Source: an uncultured virus (IMG/VR IMGVR_UViG_2061766007_000682) (Duplodnaviria; Heunggongvirae; Uroviricota; Caudoviricetes). From it: a DNA stretch of 20,000 bases. Where the stretch lies: the IMG/VR virus record IMGVR_UViG_2061766007_000682; one strand, written 5' to 3'. The notes beneath the pieces are model-generated. The model worked only from the letters and a program-made list of their open reading frames with translations, did no database searches and had not been told where the DNA came from. The translations under genes were made by a program, and so were the position numbers. Positions 1 through 7,674 of the stretch are shown here, in pieces. Numbering within the stretch: the first letter of the stretch is position 1; each line of letters starts with the position of its first letter.

Positions 1-243
1 CTTATTAAACGTGAATTCGGTCTTATTTCTCGTAAGCTTGTTAAATCTGAAGAACGGTTCACTCCTAAACTTGTCCGCGAGATGTTCGAGGCTAGAAAAG
101 ATGGGATGGCTTGGAATGCTATAGCTCAAGTTCTTAACATCCCGCAGTCAACCCTTAGTTTATTCGTCCGGAGTCTGCGCGAGGCAAAGCCCGGCGACTG
201 GATGTACGATCTGGCTAAGGAATACGGTTACATCGATGATTAA
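1..243 (+). CDS. HTH-domain protein, 5'-truncated by the window edge
   Basis: Frame 1 open from base 1 to TAA 241-243 (not in ORF track): ...VREMFEARKDGMAWNAIAQVLNIPQSTLSLFVRSLREAKPGDWMYDLAKEYGYIDD*; HTH-like pattern G-x-x-W-x-x-IA-x-x-L-x-IPQST. Confidence 0.7.
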   Translation, partial: LIKREFGLISRKLVKSEERFTPKLVREMFEARKDGMAWNAIAQVLNIPQSTLSLFVRSLREAKPGDWMYDLAKEYGYIDD

Positions 244-254
244 GGAGAAAAAGT

Positions 255-446
255 ATGCTTAGGACATGTCCATTTAAAGAAGTCAGAATAGAAAAAAGAG
301 ATGGAAACACAACAACGCAGAGTATTGAATACGGTGATTGTGTTCGATGGAGCTGCCCGTTCTTCACATGTACTCATGGATCATGGGGAGAGGATGTCTG
401 CAAACGGGTAGACTTATATTTAAAAACCGGAGGAAACATTAAATGA
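255..446 (+). CDS. small Cys-containing hypothetical protein (CPF...CxxxxCPFF...CKRV)
   Basis: ORF 63 aa with AAGGAG RBS; paralog at 3560-3722. Confidence 0.7.
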   Translation: MLRTCPFKEVRIEKRDGNTTTQSIEYGDCVRWSCPFFTCTHGSWGEDVCKRVDLYLKTGGNIK

Positions 447-1210
447 AATCATCAACATTACACTGGTTAATCGGTATTGGAACCGTATTAACAGCGGTAG
501 CAACAGGAATTACGACAAAAATTGCATCAGATAAGGTAAATGAAGAGCGTCAAGTACGTCAGCAACAGGATCCAGGCTTCACGGATTTGACGAAATGGGA
601 GAAATTTAAGATCTATGCACGCTGGGAAACCATTCCCTTGACCATGGCAATAGGTACTGGAGCAGGTATTTATCAGTCATATAAGGAGTCTCAGGAAGCG
701 ATTAAAACAGTCAGTAGCGTAGCTTCGGGGGCAAGCACCTTTATAAATGGCTACAGAGACCTAACAAAAGAGGCTCTTGGAGCGAAGAAAGAAGATGCTA
801 TTTACACGAAAGCAGTGCAGGAAAATGTAATGCCAAAGACAGTTCCGGCCAATCTAATCCTTGGAGAGAACGATTGTTTATGCATGGTTATCTCTCCAGG
901 ACTAGATGAAGTCGGTAGCGGATTGCCATTTGTTTCAAATGCAACTAAGATTAAGGAAGCAACATTGNNNNNNNNNNNNNNNNNNNNNNNNNNNNNNNNN
1001 NNCAAATCTATGTTGAATGATGCTTCCTTTTCTATTGTCGAGTGGTTTGATTATTTAGGTGTTAAGATTGATAACCGAATTTTAGATCATCTTGGATGGA
1101 CGTATCAACATGATGGAGTGATCGAGATCTCATTTAGAGCTGGATTAACAAATGATAATAAACCAATCCTGGGAATTGAATTTACGGTGGATCCGCATTA
1201 TATAGAATAG
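443..1210 (+). CDS. DUF6353-like phage protein
   Basis: 255 aa, GGAGG RBS; N-terminal hydrophobic GIGTVLTAVATG, central YRDLTKEALGAKKEDAIY, C-terminal EWFDYLG...LGW pattern recalled for this family; paralog of 7675-8661. Confidence 0.65.
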   Translation: MKSSTLHWLIGIGTVLTAVATGITTKIASDKVNEERQVRQQQDPGFTDLTKWEKFKIYARWETIPLTMAIGTGAGIYQSYKESQEAIKTVSSVASGASTFINGYRDLTKEALGAKKEDAIYTKAVQENVMPKTVPANLILGENDCLCMVISPGLDEVGSGLPFVSNATKIKEATLXXXXXXXXXXXXKSMLNDASFSIVEWFDYLGVKIDNRILDHLGWTYQHDGVIEISFRAGLTNDNKPILGIEFTVDPHYIE

Positions 1211-1223
1211 GAGGATTATATTT

Positions 1224-1361
1224 ATGGTAAATGATCATTATCTTAGAGTTGCTGAGTATCAAGGCGACTACGTTGACACACGAGAACTAGAGCAAACCTA
1301 TAATCCCGATCTTAAGAAATATTATATTCCGGAGGGAAATGAATATGGAAAAGATAGGTGA
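1224..1361 (+). CDS. small hypothetical protein (45 aa, MVNDHYLRVAEYQGDYVDTRELEQTYNPDLKKYYIPEGNEYGKDR)
   Basis: Manual translation; AGGAGG RBS upstream; fills gap between neighbouring genes. Confidence 0.55.
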   Translation: MVNDHYLRVAEYQGDYVDTRELEQTYNPDLKKYYIPEGNEYGKDR

Positions 1362-1572
1362 GATTTTCCTGGCGGTAAATGAGTATTACAATAACTCGCT
1401 AGGACGTAGAGAAGTAAACTCAGCAATCGCATTCAAGTCGCATGCAGCTGCGGTTGGATATTGTAATTCAAAGAACGAGGAAGAAAGAAAAGATAAAGAA
1501 CGGTTAGAGCGAAATGGTATCTTTGCATCTAACTGGTACGTACGTTGCATCAATTTATACGATGTTAAGTGA
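1339..1572 (+). CDS. hypothetical protein
   Basis: 77-aa ORF with GGAGG RBS (start 1339 or 1345); paralog of 3715 ORF. Confidence 0.7.
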   Translation: MNMEKIGEIFLAVNEYYNNSLGRREVNSAIAFKSHAAAVGYCNSKNEEERKDKERLERNGIFASNWYVRCINLYDVK

Positions 1573-1578
1573 GTTATA

Positions 1579-1670
1579 TTTGTGGTGGCGGAATAGGTAG
1601 ACGCTTATGGCAGNNNNNNNNNNNNNNNNNNNNNNNNNNNNNNNNNNNNNNNNNNNNNNNNNNCACAAAT
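1579..1670 (+). tRNA. tRNA or tRNA-like gene (Leu-type D arm; anticodon and T arm hidden in N gap)
   Basis: TTTGTGG-TG-GCGGAATAGGTAGACGC matches the class II (Leu-like) 5' pattern; TTTGTG pairs with CACAAA (1664-1669) across the gap; intergenic; no encoded CCA. Confidence 0.65.
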
Positions 1671-1693
1671 TATATTTAAAAGGAGATGAATTT

Positions 1694-1777
1694 ATGGAAA
1701 GTCAAAAACTTAAATACATTATTGGCGGCATTCTGCTGTTTATTCTTTTTGTGGTTCTTGCTATTCTTAGTTTGTGA
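1694..1777 (+). CDS. small membrane peptide (27 aa, MESQKLKYIIGGILLFILFVVLAILSL)
   Basis: AAGGAG RBS 8 nt upstream; single hydrophobic helix; manual translation. Confidence 0.5.
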   Translation: MESQKLKYIIGGILLFILFVVLAILSL

Positions 1778-1789
1778 CGGAGGTGTAAT

Positions 1790-2077
1790 ATGAGCGATAC
1801 AGTAAAACTTGTTAAATGCGGTAACGTACGTGAAATGATAATGGGTGACAAAATATATTTTAAAAACGCATTGGAACGATGTGAAAAACTAAATCACTGG
1901 CTGTACATTTGTGACTCAAGCGGGGTTGAATTTGAAAATATCATATTAGAGTTAGCCCCTTTTAGCGAACTTCCGTCATTCTTGAAAAAATCATTATATT
2001 CTAATGAAGTTATTAACAAACCAATACGTATGGCAACGATGGGCGTAGTAACTTTTGTTATGTTTTTGGATGAGTAA
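1790..2077 (+). CDS. hypothetical protein
   Basis: 95-aa ORF, GGAGGT RBS. Confidence 0.7.
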   Translation: MSDTVKLVKCGNVREMIMGDKIYFKNALERCEKLNHWLYICDSSGVEFENIILELAPFSELPSFLKKSLYSNEVINKPIRMATMGVVTFVMFLDE

Positions 2078-2088
2078 GGAGGCACGAC

Positions 2089-2337
2089 ATGGCTAGAATT
2101 ATATTTGTAGGAGAAAGTGAACTCCAGATTTCAGATGAAGATGCAAAAAAGATATGCAACGTCATAAACTTAAGCGCTTTATTTCCTTCTGATATAAGTA
2201 AGTTTACACGTTTGTCAGATGGTGTAATAGTTAATATCAATCATATTCTTTTCATTGATGGCATTAACTGGGAAAATATGAAAGATGGTGATGAGAATGA
2301 AAAAGACACTTTCAATGAAGAAACCTATTTAGTGTGA
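2089..2337 (+). CDS. hypothetical protein
   Basis: 82-aa ORF, AAGGAGG RBS. Confidence 0.7.
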   Translation: MARIIFVGESELQISDEDAKKICNVINLSALFPSDISKFTRLSDGVIVNINHILFIDGINWENMKDGDENEKDTFNEETYLV

Positions 2338-2391
2338 GGTTATTCGCGAATGCGGAAAGGTAATAATTAGACCAAAAGAGGAGTAATGAAC

Positions 2392-2565
2392 ATGTTCTAC
2401 ATCTTAAAAGAAATGTACATGACTAGGATTGCAATTGCGGCAAACCTTCCATATCCAATCCCGAAGCGTTTTAAGATTTATGACTGTTGCGGTTGTGCGA
2501 GTTACCTTATGCTTCCTAGAAAAAATGGTAAATACAGGTACTCGATGGCTCAGTTGAGGAGGTGA
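2392..2565 (+). CDS. small hypothetical protein (MFYILKEMYMTRIAIAANLPYPIPKRFKIYDCCGCASYLMLPRKNGKYRYSMAQLRR)
   Basis: Manual translation; GAGGAG RBS; below ORF-track length cutoff. Confidence 0.5.
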   Translation: MFYILKEMYMTRIAIAANLPYPIPKRFKIYDCCGCASYLMLPRKNGKYRYSMAQLRR

Positions 2566-2570
2566 AGAAA

Positions 2571-2861
2571 ATGGAAACTAAAACATCTATGACTGATGAA
2601 CATGCTATCCATGTACTGGAGACGATGGCACAAATGTTTGCTATTAAATCTCGCAAAGATTCTAAGGATGAATTTAATCTTCTTGCTCAAGAAGCAATAT
2701 TGCAAGCCATTTCAGCTCTAAAACGTCCTAAAGTCACTTATATTTGCAAAGACAAAGGCAATGATTATTGTCATCATACGTCTTATGTAAACATGGCTAG
2801 GAATTTTGAGAAGGTTGGTGACAATGCGTACCAAGAAATGGAGAGACAAAATGAGATTTAA
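2571..2861 (+). CDS. hypothetical protein (MTxExAI...EA...AIxAL phage family)
   Basis: GAGGAGG RBS before ATG 2571; motif MTDEHAIHVLE...QEAILQAISALKR. Confidence 0.7.
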   Translation: METKTSMTDEHAIHVLETMAQMFAIKSRKDSKDEFNLLAQEAILQAISALKRPKVTYICKDKGNDYCHHTSYVNMARNFEKVGDNAYQEMERQNEI

Positions 2862-3144
2862 TTTAAATTATACATTTGCCGATCTTTCATCATATTTCAG
2901 GAAACATTTGGTATCAGCAGATATAGAACCACATTGGTTTAATGATGTACTAGTTACGCTGAGACGAGATGAATTCGAGGTAACTAAATTAATCCATTTG
3001 GATAAAGAAGATTTAATGGAAGAGATTGAAAATATGGTGGCTGAATTGGATAGCAATTATCCGGNNNNNNNNNNNNNNNNGGACCAGAATTTGTTACAAA
3101 TGGAGAATTATGTTGGCTGGAAGAAAATACATATAAGCCGATAG
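2851..3144 (+). CDS. hypothetical protein (contains N gap)
   Basis: ORF-track frame 2806-3144; ATG 2851 has GGAGAG upstream. Confidence 0.6.
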   Translation: MRFNLNYTFADLSSYFRKHLVSADIEPHWFNDVLVTLRRDEFEVTKLIHLDKEDLMEEIENMVAELDSNYPXXXXXXDQNLLQMENYVGWKKIHISR

Positions 3145-3425
3145 TGAAACTAGATGGTATTTACGGTATAAAAACTGTAAATGAAATTAGAAGCGAACTT
3201 GATCTGGATCCGGTTGATAACATTGTAGCAATCCCGCAAAGTTATTCTATCGAATTGACAGGCAGCTTTCACGTTAACGACAATGAAATTATATTTGACC
3301 TGATACATCCGGTTAAATGCAATTGCAGAAATTGTGGAGCACCTGTTAGATTGGAATATTGCGAGTATTGTGGAACACCATATCCGACAGACTACAAGTT
3401 AGGAATGAAATTTGGAGGTAATTAA
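3144..3425 (+). CDS. zinc-ribbon protein
   Basis: C-terminal CRNCGAP...CEYCGTPY double CxxC. Confidence 0.65.
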   Translation: MKLDGIYGIKTVNEIRSELDLDPVDNIVAIPQSYSIELTGSFHVNDNEIIFDLIHPVKCNCRNCGAPVRLEYCEYCGTPYPTDYKLGMKFGGN

Positions 3426-3427
3426 AT

Positions 3428-3559
3428 ATGTCAAACGAAGAAGCTATTGAGATGTTAGAAGCCTTGCTGGATCCCGAGACATATGATCCAAAGCTGTCAA
3501 AAAGAGCAGAAGAAGCAGTTAAAGTAGCAATCGAAGCGCTTAAGGAAAGGAGTAATTAA
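3428..3559 (+). CDS. small hypothetical protein (MSNEEAIEMLEALLDPETYDPKLSKRAEEAVKVAIEALKERSN)
   Basis: GGAGGT RBS; manual translation; same motif family as 2571 and 4225 ORFs. Confidence 0.65.
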   Translation: MSNEEAIEMLEALLDPETYDPKLSKRAEEAVKVAIEALKERSN

Positions 3560-3722
3560 ATGAAATGTCCATGGCAAACAGTAGAAGATACGTACAAANN
3601 NNNNNNNNNNNNNNNNNNNNNNNNNNNNNNNNNNNNNCTGTATTAAAGACTATTGCCCGTTTTACAATAGTGAAGAACGGAAGTGCAATCGAGTAGAACA
3701 TAAGGAGGATACAAATGGATAA
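3560..3722 (+). CDS. small Cys-containing hypothetical protein (gapped)
   Basis: AAGGAG RBS; MKCPWQTVEDTYK-[gap]-CIKDYCPFYNSEERKCNRVEHKEDTNG*; paralog of 255-446; frames differ by 1 across the gap. Confidence 0.6.
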
Positions 3723-3997
3723 AATACATGTCATATTCACATCATCGCTTAACAGAGACGTAGGTCATATCACAAGTGAACCGATCATCGCATTCGGCTC
3801 AAGACCTGCGGCTAAAGCATTCATGAACGAACGTAGAGAGGAGGATGAGCGGCAAAAGGAATATTATATTAGCGAAGGCATATACGATGTCAGATGGTGG
3901 ATGGAAGAGGTACCGCTTAATGACATGAATCTCAATGCCGATGCCAAGGACCGCTTAGAGGCGAAGTGGGAAATCAGACCTGCCGATAACGGCTGGG
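3715..3997 (+). CDS. hypothetical protein, 3' end in N gap
   Basis: AAGGAGG RBS; paralog of 1339-1572; true stop not visible. Confidence 0.65.
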
Positions 3998-4224
3998 NNN
4001 NNNNNNNNNNNNNNNNNNNNNNNNNNNNNNNNNNNNNNNNNNNNNNNNNNNNNNNNNNNNNNNNNNNNNNNNNNNNNNNNNNNNNNNNNNNNNNNNGAAT
4101 GAAGAAACGTTAAAGGACATTTTAAATATGTCAAATGAAGAATGTGTTAAGGTTCTCGAGGATGCTGGATTTGCAGACCTTGATAAGTCAGTAGCTCATT
4201 TTGCATCATCAGANNNNNNNNNNT

Positions 4225-4482
4225 AATGAAGAAACATTAAAAGACATTTTAAATATGTCAAATGAAGAATGTGTTAAGGTTCTTGAGGAGGCTGGATTTG
4301 CAGACCTTGATAAGTCAGTAGCTCATTTTGCATCATCAGATTCCAATTTAAATGCTAAATATGGTAAGCGTGAGATCGCTTTGATGAAACAGAATGTAGC
4401 ACTAACGAGAGCATTTAACGCACTTAAGGATACTACTATGAATAAGAAACAGATTGATGGGGGAACTTGTAATGGTAATTAA
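4225..4482 (+). CDS. hypothetical protein (start uncertain; 5' part duplicated across the gap)
   Basis: NEETLKDILNMSNEECVKVLE...NVALTRAFNALKD; stop at 4482. Confidence 0.6.
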   Translation, partial: NEETLKDILNMSNEECVKVLEEAGFADLDKSVAHFASSDSNLNAKYGKREIALMKQNVALTRAFNALKDTTMNKKQIDGGTCNGN

Positions 4483-4926
4483 GTATGAATGTAAGTGTGA
4501 GAGATGTAAGAAGCCGTATAGTTTGAAAGGAGATGAGTATTATACTAATGATCTTTTTAATACAGACATGTGCCCTGATTGCACTGCCTTAAGAGATGCN
4601 NNNNNNNNNTAGACATGTGTCCTGATTGCACTGCTTTAAGAGATGCTATGTACAATGCATTTTATTATGCTCTTCACGATAGTCCGGAGGAAAAGAAGGA
4701 ACTCAAGCTCGAGGATTATGTTAACATGGCTTATCTGTATGCTAACAAATTTACGATATACAACATTACGAATTTGTACATGCTTCCTGAGTCTGTTGTA
4801 CGTAACATTATATTTGATATCAAAGCAGGAGATACGCCTAGAGCAAAGGAAGTGATGAGTATTTTAAAAGAAAAGTATGGCATTCTTGAGCTGGCAAAGA
4901 AAGCGGGTGAAAGGTTGAGTGACTAA
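4472..4926 (+). CDS. zinc finger (CxxC...CxxC) plus HTH-like protein
   Basis: ATG 4472: MVIKYECKCERCKKPY...TDMCPDCTALRDA joins the 4611-4926 frame once the 36-bp gap-flanking duplicate is collapsed; C-terminus resembles ORF 1-243. Confidence 0.6.
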
Positions 4927-5327
4927 TGAATGTTAAAGTTAAGAATGCTTTATGGCAATACGGGTTTATGGAAAAGCTACTTACGTATGCACTACAGAAG
5001 AATAGAATGGAGGAACTTATGAAAATCAGAGATACTAGTGGAAAACAGCCTAAGATATTTAGATTGGATGATGTTGAATCAGGTCAGCTCGTTACACTTA
5101 TAAATAATGAGCATAATAAAAGTACTTTAGCGGACTGGACAGTTAAATCAGTTTTAGACGGAACCCATAATATATTCTTTACTACCGGAACTTGGGATGA
5201 CACTACATGCAGCATTGTGAGACTAGATAATGGTTATATTTATGATGTGTCAAGAGATACACAGGTATATGTCTATGACGAACCTGAGATCTTGATTAGT
5301 AATTTTAAAACAGAGGAGGATGAATGA
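4926..5327 (+). CDS. hypothetical protein (possible real or second start at 5019)
   Basis: 133-aa ORF; in-frame ATG 5019 preceded by GGAGGAAC; paralog of 6090-6416. Confidence 0.65.
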   Translation: MNVKVKNALWQYGFMEKLLTYALQKNRMEELMKIRDTSGKQPKIFRLDDVESGQLVTLINNEHNKSTLADWTVKSVLDGTHNIFFTTGTWDDTTCSIVRLDNGYIYDVSRDTQVYVYDEPEILISNFKTEEDE

Positions 5328-5330
5328 TGA

Positions 5331-6416
5331 ATGAGACTGGATGATTGTTCAGAATTTCGCGGACATAGGCTAAAAAGTTGCTCAAGATGCGGGCATCTGT
5401 TTGATGGGCTTAAGCTTACTAGATTGAATTGTGACCAATTAAATGCTATTAAAGACAAAGAATGGCAGTTTGGTTTTAAATGGAAACTGAGCGATTGGGC
5501 TGTTGGCGAAGCGGTTAAAGTGGATGTATGTCCTACATGCTATGCTGACATTATTAGTTTAATTAGTGCACATGAGCAGATTGATAAACTAACTATTGGC
5601 TATGCATCAGAGCATCCAGATTTTCTTGCTAAGCAGCTCAACATTCCTGTGTGCAAATGCCAAATATGCCACAAGGAGTTGCCTAAGAATGGCTTCGTAA
5701 ATATACCGCATTATATTACTTCTGATATATTAACGAATCCGGAGGATTATTTTGTGGAGTGGCCTAAATCTGAGAAACAAGCTTTTATAAATGTATTATC
5801 TGAATCGGCATATGTAAAAACAGTAAGAGTATGCCATCAATGTTACGAAGGCCTTTTCCATGAATATCTTAATATTGAAGTACAAAGACTCAAGAAGGAA
5901 ACTGATCATAAGGTACCGATTTATATCAATGGCGAGTATCAAGGAGAAGTATATGCAGAACCGTACAGAGTTGACACGTTACAAGGTTGCTGTATTAGAA
6001 AAAACGACATGGTAGATGCTGCAAGGTACACTTACGAAAAATTACAACATGAAAGAAAAATACTTAAATTTAAATTGGAGGAACGTAAAATGAAAAACTT
6101 AAATGAAACAAAGACACACGCATTCGCAATTGAGAGAAACTACGACGAGACTGATCGTAAGTTGTTTAGACTTGAAGACGCTGAAACAGGCGATTTTATC
6201 AGACTTGCTACGGACGAGGAGCGGCTCATTTACATGGTCGTAAACATCGCACCAGTCAAGAATCGCGTAAAAGTAAATGAAAAGTCAGAATCTAATTGCG
6301 TTTGGTGCGTATGCATTCAGACTCAGGATCTCGTAGCGTTAAATAGCGACGAGATGGTATATGTCTATGATCCCAGATACATCGCTTTCCGTATCGGACG
6401 TTTCATCGACGCGTAA
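5331..6416 (+). CDS. double zinc-finger protein fused to a C-terminal domain with its own internal start (6090)
   Basis: 361 aa; CSRC...VCPTC and CQIC...VCHQC; in-frame ATG 6090 preceded by GGAGGAAC. Confidence 0.65.
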   Translation: MRLDDCSEFRGHRLKSCSRCGHLFDGLKLTRLNCDQLNAIKDKEWQFGFKWKLSDWAVGEAVKVDVCPTCYADIISLISAHEQIDKLTIGYASEHPDFLAKQLNIPVCKCQICHKELPKNGFVNIPHYITSDILTNPEDYFVEWPKSEKQAFINVLSESAYVKTVRVCHQCYEGLFHEYLNIEVQRLKKETDHKVPIYINGEYQGEVYAEPYRVDTLQGCCIRKNDMVDAARYTYEKLQHERKILKFKLEERKMKNLNETKTHAFAIERNYDETDRKLFRLEDAETGDFIRLATDEERLIYMVVNIAPVKNRVKVNEKSESNCVWCVCIQTQDLVALNSDEMVYVYDPRYIAFRIGRFIDA

Positions 6417-6431
6417 ATAAGTAACCGAAGA

Positions 6432-6466
6432 CGCGCGAAAATCTATTGATATTATAGAAGCGGATA
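6432..6466 (+). promoter_or_regulatory. conserved phage promoter-like motif, copy 1
   Basis: CGCGCGAAAATCTATTGATATTATAGAAGCGGATA; 28/35 ungapped identity to 15911-15945; intergenic. Confidence 0.65.
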
Positions 6467-6487
6467 ATATGCTTCTTTAATTTTTTT
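6456..6487 (+). terminator. short hairpin plus T-tract directly after motif copy 1
   Basis: AGAAGC/GCTTCT 6-bp stem, 9-nt loop, followed by TTAATTTTTTT. Confidence 0.4.
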
Positions 6488-6518
6488 AATCTATATTATA
6501 TTTAAGGAGGACAGTAAA

Positions 6519-6797
6519 ATGTCGGAAAACGTAAACAATGTAGAACCAAAGGTTGAGAAGAGGGGCATCTTCGCAGAAGCTAAGGCTTTCTGGTCTGATG
6601 TCGGCGCAGCTATGAAGAAGCGCAAGATGGGTAAGGTTCTCGTAGGAACCGCGATCGGCGTTGTAGTAACAACTGGCGTTGCTGTTGGAACAGTAGTAGT
6701 TACGAAGAAGCTTCGTGGTAAGAATGACGAGGAACCGAATTATATTCCTGAAGATGCAAAGGATGTCACACCTACAGAGGAGACAACTCAGATCTAA
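6519..6797 (+). CDS. hypothetical membrane protein
   Basis: AAGGAGG RBS; hydrophobic VLVGTAIGVVVTTGVAVGTVVV flanked by basic residues; acidic tail. Confidence 0.8.
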   Translation: MSENVNNVEPKVEKRGIFAEAKAFWSDVGAAMKKRKMGKVLVGTAIGVVVTTGVAVGTVVVTKKLRGKNDEEPNYIPEDAKDVTPTEETTQI

Positions 6798-6820
6798 GGA
6801 ATAAACTGGGAAGAAATAAT

Positions 6821-6860
6821 AAGGAGGCTGGATACCACATCTGGCCTCTTTATTTTTTTC
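6821..6860 (+). terminator. intrinsic terminator
   Basis: GAGGCTGGAT-ACCAC-ATCTGGCCTC 10-bp stem (2 G-U) followed by TTTATTTTTTT. Confidence 0.8.
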
Positions 6861-6929
6861 TTTTATTCAGAATAATTTCTCTAGGAAGAATATTCCTATT
6901 ACTTAAATTATATTTAGGAGGAAAAATGT

Positions 6930-7658
6930 ATGTCATTACCAAAGTCATCGTTAAATGGTAACTTTCCTGATAACAGTGATTTCCAACTGACTGATAGTAT
7001 TAAAACGGCAGAAGGTTTGACAAAGAAAGTTATCCAAGGGAAAGCGATTGAAGGTAAAAGTAATGCGTTGACAGCTGCTAAAGACTCATTCCTTTATCAT
7101 GATGGCGAATCCATAGGATCAACTATCATGGAAACAGTTGTCTTGCCTGCAGCTAAGAATTTAGCAAGTAATGTAGTTGGTAGTTTCTTCGATATTGTGG
7201 TTGATTCAATCAATAATATTATATTTAAAGACGACCCAACTCATGCTCGAGGATCATCGTATACGAAAGGAACCGGATATGTTGGCTATAGCTCTATTTT
7301 TAATAATAACTCTGGCTATTATAATGTTACTCCTTGCTCTTCTGGGTATCGCAGTAGCATTAACAATCAAGCTATTTCTCCTGCTTCTCCTACTATCCCC
7401 AATCGTTATAATAATATCATTCTTGAGAATCGTGGTGAAGCGGAAACATTCATAGACGATCTGCTTGATACGGTAAATCGTTATCAATCTATTAGTGTAG
7501 CAAATGTATATGCTAAGTTGGATTGGGTATCAACGTTCCAGGATACGAAATGGGGTTGGACGCCGGATATCCTTAATCCAAATACGATCGTTAAAAGGCG
7601 TGTTGCAAACGGAGCATGGCGTATTATATTGCCACGTCCGGTAGCTATTGATATTTAA
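6930..7658 (+). CDS. conserved phage hypothetical protein
   Basis: 242 aa, AGGAGG RBS; C-terminal ENRGEAE...YQSISVANVY...DTKWGW...WRIILPRP pattern recalled from related phages. Confidence 0.8.
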   Translation: MSLPKSSLNGNFPDNSDFQLTDSIKTAEGLTKKVIQGKAIEGKSNALTAAKDSFLYHDGESIGSTIMETVVLPAAKNLASNVVGSFFDIVVDSINNIIFKDDPTHARGSSYTKGTGYVGYSSIFNNNSGYYNVTPCSSGYRSSINNQAISPASPTIPNRYNNIILENRGEAETFIDDLLDTVNRYQSISVANVYAKLDWVSTFQDTKWGWTPDILNPNTIVKRRVANGAWRIILPRPVAIDI

Positions 7659-7674
7659 AAGGAGGTTAAATAAA

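Noticed and set aside
2344..2375. TCGCGAA... in a short intergenic gap as a possible third promoter-motif copy
   Set aside because: Only CGCG matches; AAATCTA and ATATTATAGAAG blocks are absent
4098..4340. 116-bp near-identical direct repeat (4098-4213 vs 4225-4340, 4 mismatches)
   Set aside because: Copies flank a 10-N scaffold gap and mismatches are not adenine-specific; most likely overlapping contig ends from strain variants, not a DGR TR/VR pair or real duplication
4564..4646. 36-bp direct repeat (2 C/T mismatches), CRISPR-repeat sized
   Set aside because: Only two copies around a 10-N gap, inside a CDS, with synonymous differences; assembly artefact
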